Translations under genes and position numbers: made by a program
Notes under the pieces: model-generated
The model's database searches: none
What the model saw: the letters and a program-made list of their open reading frames with translations, nothing else
Told to the model about the DNA's origin: nothing
Shown: piece after piece, positions 9,124 through 18,911 of the stretch
How the letters are laid out: every line of letters begins with the position of its first letter
Numbering within the stretch: the first letter of the stretch is position 1
NCBI GenBank assembly: GCA_019694855.1
Contig: JAIBBD010000001.1
Location: forward strand, 415 to 64,414
DNA from: Dehalococcoidia bacterium
GTDB taxonomy: Bacteria; Chloroflexota; Dehalococcoidia; UBA2979
DNA: 64,000 bases
Reading direction: 5' to 3'

Positions 9124-10593
9124 CTAGACGAAGACGCGCGAACCCTTCGCGCGGACGCGACCAGAGCGGAGGGCCTCGTCGGCCACGGCGGCGGCGACCC
9201 GGTCGGCCACGTCCGGGTTAAAGACGGACGGGAGGATGTAGTCCTCGTTCAGCAGGTTGTCCGGGATGGTCTCCGCGATGGCCTTGGCGGCGACGATCTT
9301 CATCTCCTCGGAGATGGTCGTCGCGGCGGAGTCGAAGGCACCTCGGAAGAGGCCCGGGAAGCAGAGGACGTTGTTGACCTGGTTCGGGTAGTCGGAGCGG
9401 CCGGTCGCGACGATACGCGCCTTGTCCTGAATGAGCTCCGGCATGATCTCGGGCTCCGGGTTGGAGAGCGCGAAGACCATCGAGTCGGGGTTCATGCCGG
9501 CGATCTGGTCGGCGGTGACCATGCGCGGCCCGGAGAGCCCGAGGAACATGTCCGCGCCCTGCAGTGCCTCGCCGACGGTGCCGTCGAAACCTTCGCGGTT
9601 GGTTTGGCGCGCGAATCGCTCCTTGGCGGGGTTCATGCCCTCGACGCGACCTTCGTAGATCGCGCCGGCCCGGTCGAAGCCGATCACGTTCTTCACGCCG
9701 AAGTTCATCAGGATGTTCGCGCAGGCGACGCCGGCGGCGCCGACGCCGAGGAGCACGACCTTCAGGTCCTCGGGACGCTTCTGGATGATCTTCAGGCTGT
9801 TGATGACGCCGGCTAGGACGACGACGGCGGTGCCGTGCTGGTCGTCGTGGAAGACGGGGATGTCGAGTTCCGCCTTGAGCTGGTCTTCGATCTCGAAGCA
9901 GCGAGGGGCGGAGATGTCCTCGAGCAGGATGCCGCCAAAGCCCGGGGAGATGGCCTTTACGATGCGGACGATCTCATCGGGATCCTTGGTGTTCAGGCAG
10001 ATCGGCCAGGCATCGATGTCGGCGAAGGCCTTGAAGAGCATCGACTTGCCCTCCATGACCGGCATGGCGGCCATCGGGCCAATGTCGCCGAGGCCGAGGA
10101 CAGCGGTGCCATCAGTGACGACGGCGACGGTGTTTGGCTTGATGGTGAGCGACCAGACGGCGTCGGGATTGTCGTGGATCTGCATTGAGACGCGGGCGAC
10201 GCCGGGAGTGTAGACGTGGGCGAGCTCCGCCATGGTGCGGATGTGGACCTTGTTATTGACCTCGATCTTGCCGCGGCGGTGGAGCTGGAAGGTGCGGTCC
10301 GAGGCGTGCTGCACCTCGACACCGGGCACGGCGGCGACGCGGGCAACGACGCGGCGCGCGTGATCCTCGTCGTAGCAGTAGAGGCGGAAGTCGCGAATGA
10401 TCATCTCGGTGCGGGCCTCGACGATGTCGATGGAGCCGATGTCCGCGCCCATCTCGCCGATGGCGGTCGTGACCTTGCCGAGGTTGCCAGGCGTGTTCTG
10501 GATCCTCAGCCGCAGCAGCAGCTGATAGCCCGAGACAGGGCTCTGGTACTCGTCGACTGTACGCAGGTCGGTTCGGTCGTCCGTGGCGGTCAT
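9124..10593 (-). CDS. NAD(P)-dependent malic enzyme with N-terminal ACT domain
   Basis: 489 aa; the malic-enzyme NAD-binding region (VLLGVGAAGVACANIL) and catalytic blocks follow an N-terminal ACT regulatory domain. Confidence 0.8.
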   Translation of the reverse strand: MTATDDRTDLRTVDEYQSPVSGYQLLLRLRIQNTPGNLGKVTTAIGEMGADIGSIDIVEARTEMIIRDFRLYCYDEDHARRVVARVAAVPGVEVQHASDRTFQLHRRGKIEVNNKVHIRTMAELAHVYTPGVARVSMQIHDNPDAVWSLTIKPNTVAVVTDGTAVLGLGDIGPMAAMPVMEGKSMLFKAFADIDAWPICLNTKDPDEIVRIVKAISPGFGGILLEDISAPRCFEIEDQLKAELDIPVFHDDQHGTAVVVLAGVINSLKIIQKRPEDLKVVLLGVGAAGVACANILMNFGVKNVIGFDRAGAIYEGRVEGMNPAKERFARQTNREGFDGTVGEALQGADMFLGLSGPRMVTADQIAGMNPDSMVFALSNPEPEIMPELIQDKARIVATGRSDYPNQVNNVLCFPGLFRGAFDSAATTISEEMKIVAAKAIAETIPDNLLNEDYILPSVFNPDVADRVAAAVADEALRSGRVRAKGSRVFV

Positions 10594-10751
10594 CTTGGTG
10601 CTCCGTCAACCAGCAAGTAGTGATCGAGACTATACCCCCGAGGCATCTTCTGGGCAGGGGCCGGAGGGTCTGTCAGGGCCGCTGACGGGCGCCACAGCGC
10701 CGAGGGCCATGACCGTCGAGCGCGGGCGCGCTATCCTCGGAGGACCGACCC

Positions 10752-10827
10752 GCCCCCATCGTCCAGGGGACTAGGACGCCACCCTTTCAAGGTGGAAACA
10801 GGGGTTCGAATCCCCTTGGGGGTACCA
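10752..10827 (+). tRNA. tRNA-Glu (anticodon UUC)
   Basis: GCCCCCATCGTCCAGGGGACTAGGACGCCACCCTTTCAAGGTGGAAACAGGGGTTCGAATCCCCTTGGGGGTACCA, 76 nt, close to the canonical bacterial tRNA-Glu. CCA is encoded. Confidence 0.85.
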
Positions 10828-10923
10828 CTGCCCGCCCTCCTCGGATGGCGGTCGTGCGCCTTGCACCGATGTGAGCCGGCCGTCCAGGTCCCGGCAGTAG
10901 CCCTGCGTTGCGAACTTCGGTGC

Positions 10924-10943
10924 GGGGCCGGATACCCGGCCCC
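10924..10943. terminator. hairpin GGGGCCGG-ATAC-CCGGCCCC, probable bidirectional terminator
   Basis: Perfect 8-bp GC stem between tRNA-Glu (+) and the convergent substrate-binding-protein gene (-). Confidence 0.3.
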
Positions 10944-10981
10944 ACACGTTCGAATCGTCCTCGTGCTTGCGCGGCCCGACG

Positions 10982-12796
10982 CTACTTATCGAGCCATGCC
11001 TTCACCAGGATCTCGCCCCAGTCGTAGAAGTAGCTCCGTGCCCCGAAGGCGCTTTCGAGGCGGACGCCGCGCACCCAGGGCTGCTGGACGTTGAACGCGC
11101 GGCCGAACGTCCTGACCGGGCGGTAGGCCTGGTCGTGGTACTGGGTCCAGATCTTCGTGAGCAGGTCCTTTCGCTTCGCGGGGTCGAGTTCGATCTGCTG
11201 CGCCTCCGCCCAGGTGTCGATCTGGGAGTCGTTCACGTGGTCGCGGTTGCCCGGCGACTTCGAGTGCAGGCCGTTGTAGAAGTAGGTGTCCGCCTCGGTG
11301 CCGAGAGGCATGTACCCGTTGTGCAGGACGTCCGGGAAGGTGCCGCCGATCAGCTGCGAGTTGAACTCGGTGTAGTCGAGCTTCTTCACGGAGTAGGTGA
11401 TGCCAACCTGGCGGAACTGGTCCGCCATGACCTCCGCGACCTGCGTATCGGTCGTGGAGTACTCGTAGTAACGGGCGTCGATCGTAAGGTTCTCCTGACC
11501 GGCGGCGCGGAGCAGTTGCTTCGCCTCGTCGGGGGCGTAGCGCGCCCAGTTGCCGAACTTGCCGGACTCGATGCTCGGGGCGTCGTCGTAGACGAAGCGC
11601 CAAGGGAGGACCGAAACGGTCTGACCGATGCCCTCGAAGACGAGCTTCGAGATCGCCTGGCGGTCGGTGGCGAGGGAGACGGCGCGCCGGACGCGCACGT
11701 CCTGCCACCTCGGGTTCTGGTGGTTGAACATCGGCTGGGGGCCGGAGGCCGTGGAGCTGGCCAGCGACGTCACCTGGATGTCCGGGTTGGTCTTCACCAC
11801 CTCGTCCATCTGGCGCTTGGTGTTGACCATCGAGTAGGCGAACTCGATCTGGCCCGAGCGGAAGGCGGCGAGGCGCGCGGCGGCGTCCGGCATCGGGCGG
11901 AATTCGACGCCGTCGAGGAGGACTTTCGTCTCGAAGTAGTCGGGGTTCTTCGTCAGTGTGACGCGCTGGCCCGTGATGGCTTCTTTGAAGATGAACGGCC
12001 CGGTACCGACGACCGCCTTGCCGATCGAACCGTCGTCGACGAGCTCGTGCGGGAAGATGGTCTGGTAGCGAGACGCGAGCGGGTTGATGAAGTCGACGAG
12101 CGGCTTCGTGAGCTTGATCCGCAGCGTGGACGCATCGGGAGCATCGATGGAGCTGACGCCGGTCCAGTAGGACTTGTACACGCCCTCCTTCTGATAGCGC
12201 TCGAAGGCGAACTTGGCATCGGCGGCAACGAAGGGCCTGCCGTTTAGCGGCGGCACGTTCTGCCACTTCGCGCCGGGCGCGATCTTGAAGGTAATCGTCA
12301 GGCCGTCCGGGGAGCGCTCCCAGCTCGCTGCGAGTTCGGGCTCGAGCTTGAGCGTTGTAGTGTCCACGCCGGGCCCGGTCGCGAACCCGACGAGCCGGTT
12401 GTAGACGGTATTCGGGACGGTGATCGACCCGCCGGCGGCCGCCGAGACGGGGTCGAATGGTCCGACGTCCCAGGAGACGGCGACGTTGAAGATGCCGCCG
12501 GGTTTCGCGGCCTTCCCGGCGGGCTCGGGGAAGTCCGTCGGGTAGGGAGAGTCGGACGCCCAGACCCACCCAGCAGGCAGCTTGTCCGGCCGCTGGCCGG
12601 TGGTGCTGATGTTGGTAGAGACGGAGCTGTCTGCGCCGCTCCCGCCACTGTTGGCGGTGCTTTCGTCGTCGCCGCCGCAGCCGAGCAGCGCCGCGGCGGA
12701 AACCCCTGCGGCGCCAAGCGCGGCGGCCCGAAGCAGGCCTCGCCGGGTCGGTCGGCGTTGCAGGAACGCTGGGGCTGTGGCTTCGTGTTCGGTCAT
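10982..12796 (-). CDS. ABC transporter substrate-binding protein, family 5 (peptide/nickel/opine type), TAT-type lipoprotein signal
   Basis: Begins MTEHEATAPAFLQRRPTRRGLLRAAALGAAGVSAAALLGCGG (RR motif plus lipobox). About 600 aa with the SBP_bac_5 architecture. The track ORF extends 9 aa upstream. Confidence 0.8.
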   Translation of the reverse strand: MTEHEATAPAFLQRRPTRRGLLRAAALGAAGVSAAALLGCGGDDESTANSGGSGADSSVSTNISTTGQRPDKLPAGWVWASDSPYPTDFPEPAGKAAKPGGIFNVAVSWDVGPFDPVSAAAGGSITVPNTVYNRLVGFATGPGVDTTTLKLEPELAASWERSPDGLTITFKIAPGAKWQNVPPLNGRPFVAADAKFAFERYQKEGVYKSYWTGVSSIDAPDASTLRIKLTKPLVDFINPLASRYQTIFPHELVDDGSIGKAVVGTGPFIFKEAITGQRVTLTKNPDYFETKVLLDGVEFRPMPDAAARLAAFRSGQIEFAYSMVNTKRQMDEVVKTNPDIQVTSLASSTASGPQPMFNHQNPRWQDVRVRRAVSLATDRQAISKLVFEGIGQTVSVLPWRFVYDDAPSIESGKFGNWARYAPDEAKQLLRAAGQENLTIDARYYEYSTTDTQVAEVMADQFRQVGITYSVKKLDYTEFNSQLIGGTFPDVLHNGYMPLGTEADTYFYNGLHSKSPGNRDHVNDSQIDTWAEAQQIELDPAKRKDLLTKIWTQYHDQAYRPVRTFGRAFNVQQPWVRGVRLESAFGARSYFYDWGEILVKAWLDK

Positions 12797-12884
12797 ACGT
12801 CCCCTCCGGTCTCGTCGTAACATTCACGAACGTGATTGACGTACGTTATACCACGGGCAAAGGGGGCCACGAGGGTTATCGAGG

Positions 12885-13199
12885 TCAGGAGTACGGCGAG
12901 TAGGAGCGCGTGCTGACGACCTCGCCGGCGGCGTACTCCTCGAAGCGGTCGCCGCCCCAGAAGACCGCTTGCGCGTGCGTGTCGGGGTCCTGGTAGACAG
13001 TGTCGATGCGGAAGAGGCGTCCGTCGAAGGGGACGACCGCCTGCCATTGGTCGCCATCCTCGGAGGTCATCGGGACGCCGACGATGTTGCCAGTGGCACC
13101 GGTGTAGAACATCGCGACCATGTGGAGCAGGGGCCAGCCGGTCGGGTTGAGCATCTGCGCGAAGCCGGCCGGCAGCGCGGGATCGTCCTCGTAGTTCAC
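12885..13199 (-). CDS. hypothetical small protein (104 aa) between the tandem substrate-binding-protein genes
   Basis: ORF co-oriented with both flanking genes. No recognizable motif. Confidence 0.3.
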   Translation of the reverse strand: MNYEDDPALPAGFAQMLNPTGWPLLHMVAMFYTGATGNIVGVPMTSEDGDQWQAVVPFDGRLFRIDTVYQDPDTHAQAVFWGGDRFEEYAAGEVVSTRSYSPYS

Positions 13200-13303
13200 G
13201 TCTGGCCGGCCTTCCTCGATACGGGCTTCGAGGATAGCAGCGGCTCGAACGACGGCGAGGCCCGGGGGGCAACCCGGGCCTCGCGAATGCTCGTCGAGAG
13301 GTC

Positions 13304-15091
13304 CTACTTATCGATCCACGAGTAGCGGACGACGTTCTGGATGTCGAGGTAGTGCTGACCTGAGCCGATGCCGCGGCCGGTGCGCAGCCCGCGGATCCAG
13401 GGCTGGTACACCGAGATGGCGAAGGCGGTTGGCTTGTCGACCCGATAGACCTGGTCGTAGACCTTATTCCAGACCTTCTGGGCGAGGTCGCGGCGCTTCG
13501 CCGGGTCGAGCTCGACCTGGTGCTGGTCGGCCCACGCATCGATCTCCGGGTCGTTGATGCGATAGCGGTTGCCGGGCGACTTCGAGTGGTGCAGCCCGTA
13601 GACGTACTGCTCGGCGGTCGGGCTGAACGAGAGCCAGCCGTCATAGGCCTGAGCGTCGCCTTTGCGGGTGGTCCACTGGGAGTTGAACTGCGAGTACTCG
13701 ATGCTGGAGGCCTTCAGCTGGATGCCCGAGGCGCGCATCTGGTCGACCAGGACCTGGTTCTGCAGTGAGTTCGACTGCGGCGTGTAGTTGTAATAGACCA
13801 TCTCGAAGGAGAAGTTCTCCTGCCCTGCGGCCTGCAGGAGTTGCTTGGCCTGCGCGATGTCCGTCTTCCACCACTTGCCGAGGTGTCCTGACTCGAAGGT
13901 GGGTTCCTGGTCCCAGAAGAAGCGCCAGTCGGGAACCGGGACGGACTTCCCCAGCGCCTTGTAGACCAGCTGGCTGAGGGTGGGCCGGTCGACCGTCAGC
14001 GAGACCGCGCGGCGAATCCGCTCGTCCTTCCACATCGGTAGCTCGTTGTTGAATGCGATCGCGAACGTCGCGCTGATCACGGGCGCGGTGATGTACTGAA
14101 TGTTCGGATTCGTTCCGAGCACGTTCTCGAAATCGTCCTCGGTACCGATGGTGATTCCCCAGTCGACCTGGCTCGCGCGGAACGCGGCCGTGTTCGCGGC
14201 GGGGTCGAGGATGTAGGGCAGCTCGAAGCGGTCGAGGTAGGTCGGGCCCGCCCAGTAGTCCGGGTTGCGGACGAATGCGCCGCCCGTCCCCGACTGCCAC
14301 TTGTCGACGATCATGGGGCCGGTGCCGATGGCCTTGCTCTTGATGCTGCCGTCGTCGACCAGCTCGTGACTGTGGATCGTCGTGTAGGCGGTGGACAACG
14401 GGAAGATGAAGTCCGGCTGGGGGCGTTTCATCTTGATGACCAGCGTCTTCGTGTCGGGGGCCGTGATGGTGTCGACCTGGGTGAAGAACTGCTGGTTCAC
14501 GCCCTCGGTCTTGTAACGGTTCAGGGCGAAGCGGGCGTCCTCCGCGACGAAGAGGCGGCCGTTCAGCGGGGCGAGGTTCTGGAACTTCACGTTCTGCTGG
14601 AGGGAGAAGGTGTAGGTGAGCCCGTCCGGGCTGGTCTCCCACTTCGAGGCGAGTCCGGGCTCGAGCTGGTTGATCTTCGTCGGGTCCGCGTCTGCCCGGC
14701 CGTTCACGTTGATCAGCCGGTCATATGCCGCGTTGACGGCGGTGAGGGTGCCTCCAGCCTGCGAGGCGGTCGGGTCAAGCTGGCCCGGGTCGAAGGTGTA
14801 AGCCTGCCGCATCGTCCCGCCCGACTTGGGCGCTTTCGCCGGCTCGGCGAAGTTGTAGGGGATCTGGCGGCCCTTCGCGGTGGTGATGCCGCTGAACGCG
14901 GTGGGCGCGCTCGTGCCGGTAGCGCCGGGGGACGTCGAGGCGCCGGAGGGCTCGTTGTCGTCGTCGCCACCGCAGCCGATCAGGACGGCGGTGGCCAGGC
15001 CCGCGCCAGCGAGCGCGCCACCACGTACGAGGTCGCGACGCCCGAATCGATCGGTCAGACGCAGCGGGTGTTCTCGATCGCTGTCCAGCAA
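13304..15091 (-). CDS. ABC transporter substrate-binding protein, family 5, TAT-type lipoprotein signal
   Basis: RRDLVRGGALAGAGLATAVLIGCGG signal. A paralog of the 10982-12796 gene, as shown by shared blocks (SPDGLTYTF, YTEFNSQ, HSKSPGNR). Confidence 0.8.
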   Translation of the reverse strand: MLDSDREHPLRLTDRFGRRDLVRGGALAGAGLATAVLIGCGGDDDNEPSGASTSPGATGTSAPTAFSGITTAKGRQIPYNFAEPAKAPKSGGTMRQAYTFDPGQLDPTASQAGGTLTAVNAAYDRLINVNGRADADPTKINQLEPGLASKWETSPDGLTYTFSLQQNVKFQNLAPLNGRLFVAEDARFALNRYKTEGVNQQFFTQVDTITAPDTKTLVIKMKRPQPDFIFPLSTAYTTIHSHELVDDGSIKSKAIGTGPMIVDKWQSGTGGAFVRNPDYWAGPTYLDRFELPYILDPAANTAAFRASQVDWGITIGTEDDFENVLGTNPNIQYITAPVISATFAIAFNNELPMWKDERIRRAVSLTVDRPTLSQLVYKALGKSVPVPDWRFFWDQEPTFESGHLGKWWKTDIAQAKQLLQAAGQENFSFEMVYYNYTPQSNSLQNQVLVDQMRASGIQLKASSIEYSQFNSQWTTRKGDAQAYDGWLSFSPTAEQYVYGLHHSKSPGNRYRINDPEIDAWADQHQVELDPAKRRDLAQKVWNKVYDQVYRVDKPTAFAISVYQPWIRGLRTGRGIGSGQHYLDIQNVVRYSWIDK

Positions 15092-15228
15092 GGTATCCCT
15101 CCTCGTGAGGCATGTGCCTCGACTGCGGGCCGCCGGCGGCGGTCCGGGAGGTCACTATAACGTATGCATGCGCATCGTTTGTGATAGGAGCGGCCGTGGA
15201 GTACGCCCAAGGGCCCGAGGGCGGCCGG

Positions 15229-15600
15229 CTACCTCGAGAGGTGGTGACGGGTGGCGAACCGAGCCGCCAGCAGGAGGATGGCCGTCGCGGCGAGCAGCGG
15301 CGGAATTGCCGTGTTGGGGACCTGGTGGGGGGTCGCGAGGCCGGCGTTACCGGTGCGTGGCGGGTAGATCGTCTTCTCGCTCGGGAGCGAGACCGGGTTG
15401 TCGGTCACGTCCACGAACGTGCCGGTCGTACCGACCGACTTCTGGGAAGCCGTGTTCAAGTTCGAGGCGACGGGGCCCGCGGACTGGTGCGATTTCAGCG
15501 GCCAGACGGAAGCTGCCCCGGCGACGGCGACGCCTGCCAGCACGATGACGCCGGCCGCGACCAGCATGACGAACGGCCGCGCCACTGCCTGCTTGACCAC
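15229..15600 (-). CDS. small membrane protein with N-terminal signal-anchor and C-terminal hydrophobic segment plus basic tail
   Basis: 123 aa. The C-terminal PRTGNAGLATPHQ...LLAATAILLLAARFATRHHLSR resembles a sorting-signal-like tripartite tail. Confidence 0.3.
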   Translation of the reverse strand: MVKQAVARPFVMLVAAGVIVLAGVAVAGAASVWPLKSHQSAGPVASNLNTASQKSVGTTGTFVDVTDNPVSLPSEKTIYPPRTGNAGLATPHQVPNTAIPPLLAATAILLLAARFATRHHLSR

Positions 15601-15726
15601 CGGCCTGCCTGCTTCCTCGGAGCGCTGCCCGCAACCCCTCTACCCAGTAATAGCAGAAACCAGATGGGATGTGGGCTCGAGTTCCTCGCCCTGACGCGCC
15701 GGCGAAGAGGAGGGGCGGTGTGGCGG

Positions 15727-16659
15727 TCAGGGCAACACGAAGCGGGCGAATAGCGGAGCGTGATCGGGGCGGACGGCGTTGCGCCGGCTCTCGACGTCCT
15801 CGGTGATCGAACGGACGCCGTCGACGAGGCTGTCGACCTGGCGAAAGCCTCGCAGGATGTCCTGGCTGACGAGGATGTGGTCGATCAGCTCGGGTTCCTC
15901 GCGGAACATGCGGCTGAACGCGTGCTTCCCGGGGAGCCAGCCCGCGAGGTTGTTCAACCGCACGAGGTCGCCTTTGTCCGGTCTCTGCATCGAGGTATCG
16001 GGGGGCCCCTGGAGCAGGTCAGTGGTGATCGCGCTCGGGCCGTCGTTGAAGTCGCCCACCAGGACGGTCGGCAACGCTTCGTCAGCCATGAGTGTATTGA
16101 GGTGGACGCGGAGGGCGACGGCCTCGGCGGCTCGACGAAGGAGGGCGAAGCCCGCACCACGGGCACGCTCGTGTTCGTCCTTCGGGAAACGGCGGCCTTC
16201 CGGGTACGACAGCAGCTTCGACTTCAAATGGGCCGTGACGACACGGAGACGGCGGCCCGACACCTCGACGACGACCTGGAGCGCGCCGCGCCCCATGGTG
16301 GCGACTGTCTTCCCGTCGGCGGTGGGGACGCGAGGCAGCGCCTCCGGAGTGAACTCAAACAACTGTCGGACGTCGGTCAGTGGACTGGCGGACAGCACCG
16401 CGACCCGAATGCCTCGGATGTCCGGGCGGCTGGAGATGGCGGCGTGGGGATAACGGCCCCCGAGAGCAGCCTGCAGATCAGCGAGACAGGTGGGGTCGCC
16501 GACTTCCTGTAGCCCGATGACATCGGGGCCGACGTCTCGAATCGTCTTCGCGAGATACCTCAGCTTGCGCTGGTATACGTCCACAGAGGCGGCGCCGGAA
16601 AGATGGCCCACGGGGAAGAGGTTTTCAACATTCCAGGTCATCACGGTGCAGTCGGGCAT
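15727..16659 (-). CDS. endonuclease/exonuclease/phosphatase (EEP) family protein
   Basis: Begins MPDCTVMTWNVENLF; contains GLQEV and a C-terminal DH motif typical of the EEP fold. The track ORF is extended 47 aa upstream. Confidence 0.7.
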   Translation of the reverse strand: MPDCTVMTWNVENLFPVGHLSGAASVDVYQRKLRYLAKTIRDVGPDVIGLQEVGDPTCLADLQAALGGRYPHAAISSRPDIRGIRVAVLSASPLTDVRQLFEFTPEALPRVPTADGKTVATMGRGALQVVVEVSGRRLRVVTAHLKSKLLSYPEGRRFPKDEHERARGAGFALLRRAAEAVALRVHLNTLMADEALPTVLVGDFNDGPSAITTDLLQGPPDTSMQRPDKGDLVRLNNLAGWLPGKHAFSRMFREEPELIDHILVSQDILRGFRQVDSLVDGVRSITEDVESRRNAVRPDHAPLFARFVLP

Positions 16660-16732
16660 GGCGGACCTCCCGTCCGAGCAGTTCGCTCGGCGGTAGGGTA
16701 CGCCTCGAGGCGGCGGCGCGGGCTTGTTTCTG

Positions 16733-17263
16733 TTAGTTCGTCGAGCGGCGCTGGTACACGAACCAGCCAGCCCCGCCGACGACGGCGAGGAGCACCACAC
16801 CTACGACGATGAAGAGCGTGGGATTGCTTCCGCTGTCGCCGCTCTCGGAGGAGGAGCCGCCGCTTGCACCGCTCGAGCCGCCACCAACGGTCAGCGTGTA
16901 CCCCGTCTGCACGCTGCCCTTGGGGATGCCACCCGATTCCCAGGTAGCGGCGGGGTTGGAAGTCGCGGCGGCACCGTCGACCTTGAAGCTGATGGCCGCG
17001 CCGGGCTTCGGCTTGCACGGCGAGTCGGGGCTGACCTGCATCACCCACTCGCCCTTCGGCGAGGCGGTCGTCGAGGCACATACCGCGCCGTCGACCAGGG
17101 CCTCGACCTTCTGACCGGCTTTGAGGCTGCCGCCGTACAAGACCGCGGGGAGGAACTGGGCCTCGGCGACGCGGGCGGCGGCAAGGGAGATCAGCAGCGC
17201 GACGGCGAGCAGCAGGGGCAGCATCGCGCGGCGCGCAGACGCCAGGTGCAGCAAGCGTTGCAT
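16733..17263 (-). CDS. secreted protein with C-terminal TM anchor, hypothetical
   Basis: Signal peptide (LLLAVALLISLAAARVAEA), a ~100-aa domain, a Gly/Ser-rich linker, then a TM helix and short basic tail. Confidence 0.35.
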   Translation of the reverse strand: MQRLLHLASARRAMLPLLLAVALLISLAAARVAEAQFLPAVLYGGSLKAGQKVEALVDGAVCASTTASPKGEWVMQVSPDSPCKPKPGAAISFKVDGAAATSNPAATWESGGIPKGSVQTGYTLTVGGGSSGASGGSSSESGDSGSNPTLFIVVGVVLLAVVGGAGWFVYQRRSTN

Positions 17264-17488
17264 CGGTTCCTCCTCGTGCCGTGTCGCTCGGGCGCCGGCT
17301 GGCGCGTCGAATATTGTGCACGTCGCGCGTGGTGTCGTCGCGGGGAATCACGATCGTGAGGGGCCATGGGCGGGGCGGGCGATGCGGGTAGTCACGCCTC
17401 TGAAAGCCGGGGCGGACGCCCGCGGCTACGGCTGCAAGCGCGCCTTTCCTACGCTCGTACGTGGAGTGGGTAGGGGAAGGTTTGATCC

Positions 17489-17983
17489 GTGGCGAGGGTC
17501 GAGAAGAACATCGAGGTCGCGGTGCCGGTCCGAACTGCGTACAACCAGTGGTCGCAGTTCGAGCAGTTTCCGCGGTTCACGGAGGGTGTTAAGGAAGTCC
17601 GGCAGCTCGATGACCGCCACCTGCACTGGCGGGCGGAGATCGGCGGGCGCGACGAGGAATGGGACGCTGAGATCCAGGAACAGGTCCCGGACGAGAAGGT
17701 GATCTGGCGCAACACGGACGGGCGCACGAACGCGGGGATGGTCAAGTTCGACCAACTCGGGCCCGACCGCACGCGGGTGCACCTCGAGATGAGCTACGAG
17801 CCCGAGGGCATGGTCGAGAACATCGGGGATGCGCTCGGCGTGGTGTCCCGGCGTGTCGAGGGCGACCTCGAGCGGTTCAAAGACTACATCGAGTCGCGAG
17901 GTAACGAGAGCGGCGGCTGGCGCGGCGAGATCGGGAACGACAACGCACCCGACGGCCACACCAGTGGAAGCATGCCGGCCTGA
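17489..17983 (+). CDS. SRPBCC family protein (polyketide cyclase/dehydrase-like)
   Basis: 164 aa with GTG start; the START/Bet-v1-like fold signature is spread across the protein. Confidence 0.6.
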   Translation: MARVEKNIEVAVPVRTAYNQWSQFEQFPRFTEGVKEVRQLDDRHLHWRAEIGGRDEEWDAEIQEQVPDEKVIWRNTDGRTNAGMVKFDQLGPDRTRVHLEMSYEPEGMVENIGDALGVVSRRVEGDLERFKDYIESRGNESGGWRGEIGNDNAPDGHTSGSMPA

Positions 17984-17996
17984 TTGTCGTCCGAGG

Positions 17997-18911
17997 TCAG
18001 GGATAGCGCGCGGACATCGCCTCGTAGGCCAGGAACACGAGTTGCTGACCGAGGGGGATGTCCGCGTACTCGTCCTCGACACCCTCGGAGAGGAATGAGA
18101 TCGCGTAAGCATATTCGGCGTCGCCGCGCTGAAGCCGGACGATGGCGACATCGTTGTCCACGTAGCCGTAGGGGGTCCACATGAAGCCGTTCTTGTGGCT
18201 CACGACTTCGGGGACGACGGCTGTGAGGTAGTTCAGGCCGGGCTTTACCTGCGTCATGTGGTAGAGCAGCACGTCGCGCCATGAGCGCTCGGGGATCGCT
18301 TCGCCGTGCCACAGGTCTGCGAGGGCGGCGTTCATGGCGTCGGCGGTGACCCAGTTGTCCGGACTGAGCCCAATGCTGTCGTCGAAGGCGGGCGGGTGGT
18401 CGAGGACCACCGCGGTCAGTGCGAGATCCTCGTTGATGAGGCGCGCCACCCGCTGGACGCCTGAAACCACGTCGCCGCCGCCGATAATGCCGTAAAGGTC
18501 ACGTGCGGTGATGGCGTTGCTGCTCCAGATGGTGGCGGCGATGAGCCCGTCGACGTCCTCGATCGGGTAGCGCGCCGTCCAGACGTCGCGCAGGGCCTGG
18601 ACCAGCGCGAACAGATTGACGACGCAGCCGGATAGCTGCGGCCGGTCGCCATTGACGCTGATCGACTCTCCGGTCTGAAGGTCGGTGACGGCGACGGCGT
18701 ATTGGCCCGGTACCCAGTAGTCCTCGATCGCCTGTGCCATGCGGTCTCTCAGCGCGAGGAGGTCGTCGGCAGGAGCGACCTGTGTGGGGACGGATGCGGA
18801 TGGCACGGCGATGGGCGCGGAGGACGCGCTCGTCCGCCACACCGCGGTGAGTGAGCAAGCGGCCAGTGCGGCGGTGAGCACGATGCGCACGACGCGATGT
18901 GAGGCGCGCAT
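17997..18911 (-). CDS. secreted serine hydrolase, class-A beta-lactamase-like
   Basis: Signal peptide; its ~300-aa length and overall sequence resemble class-A beta-lactamase-related proteins. No strict S-x-x-K motif could be confirmed by eye. Confidence 0.5.
   Translation of the reverse strand: MRASHRVVRIVLTAALAACSLTAVWRTSASSAPIAVPSASVPTQVAPADDLLALRDRMAQAIEDYWVPGQYAVAVTDLQTGESISVNGDRPQLSGCVVNLFALVQALRDVWTARYPIEDVDGLIAATIWSSNAITARDLYGIIGGGDVVSGVQRVARLINEDLALTAVVLDHPPAFDDSIGLSPDNWVTADAMNAALADLWHGEAIPERSWRDVLLYHMTQVKPGLNYLTAVVPEVVSHKNGFMWTPYGYVDNDVAIVRLQRGDAEYAYAISFLSEGVEDEYADIPLGQQLVFLAYEAMSARYP

Noticed and set aside
10967-12247. 426-aa plus-strand ORF
   Set aside because: Antisense to the SBP gene; no motif; GC-skew artefact. 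The same applies to 14366-15160 and 15760-16512.
10986-12827. 613-aa minus-strand ORF in an alternate frame of the SBP gene
   Set aside because: Same strand but a different frame from the recognizable family-5 SBP. Its Arg/Pro-rich low-complexity translation marks it as an artefact.
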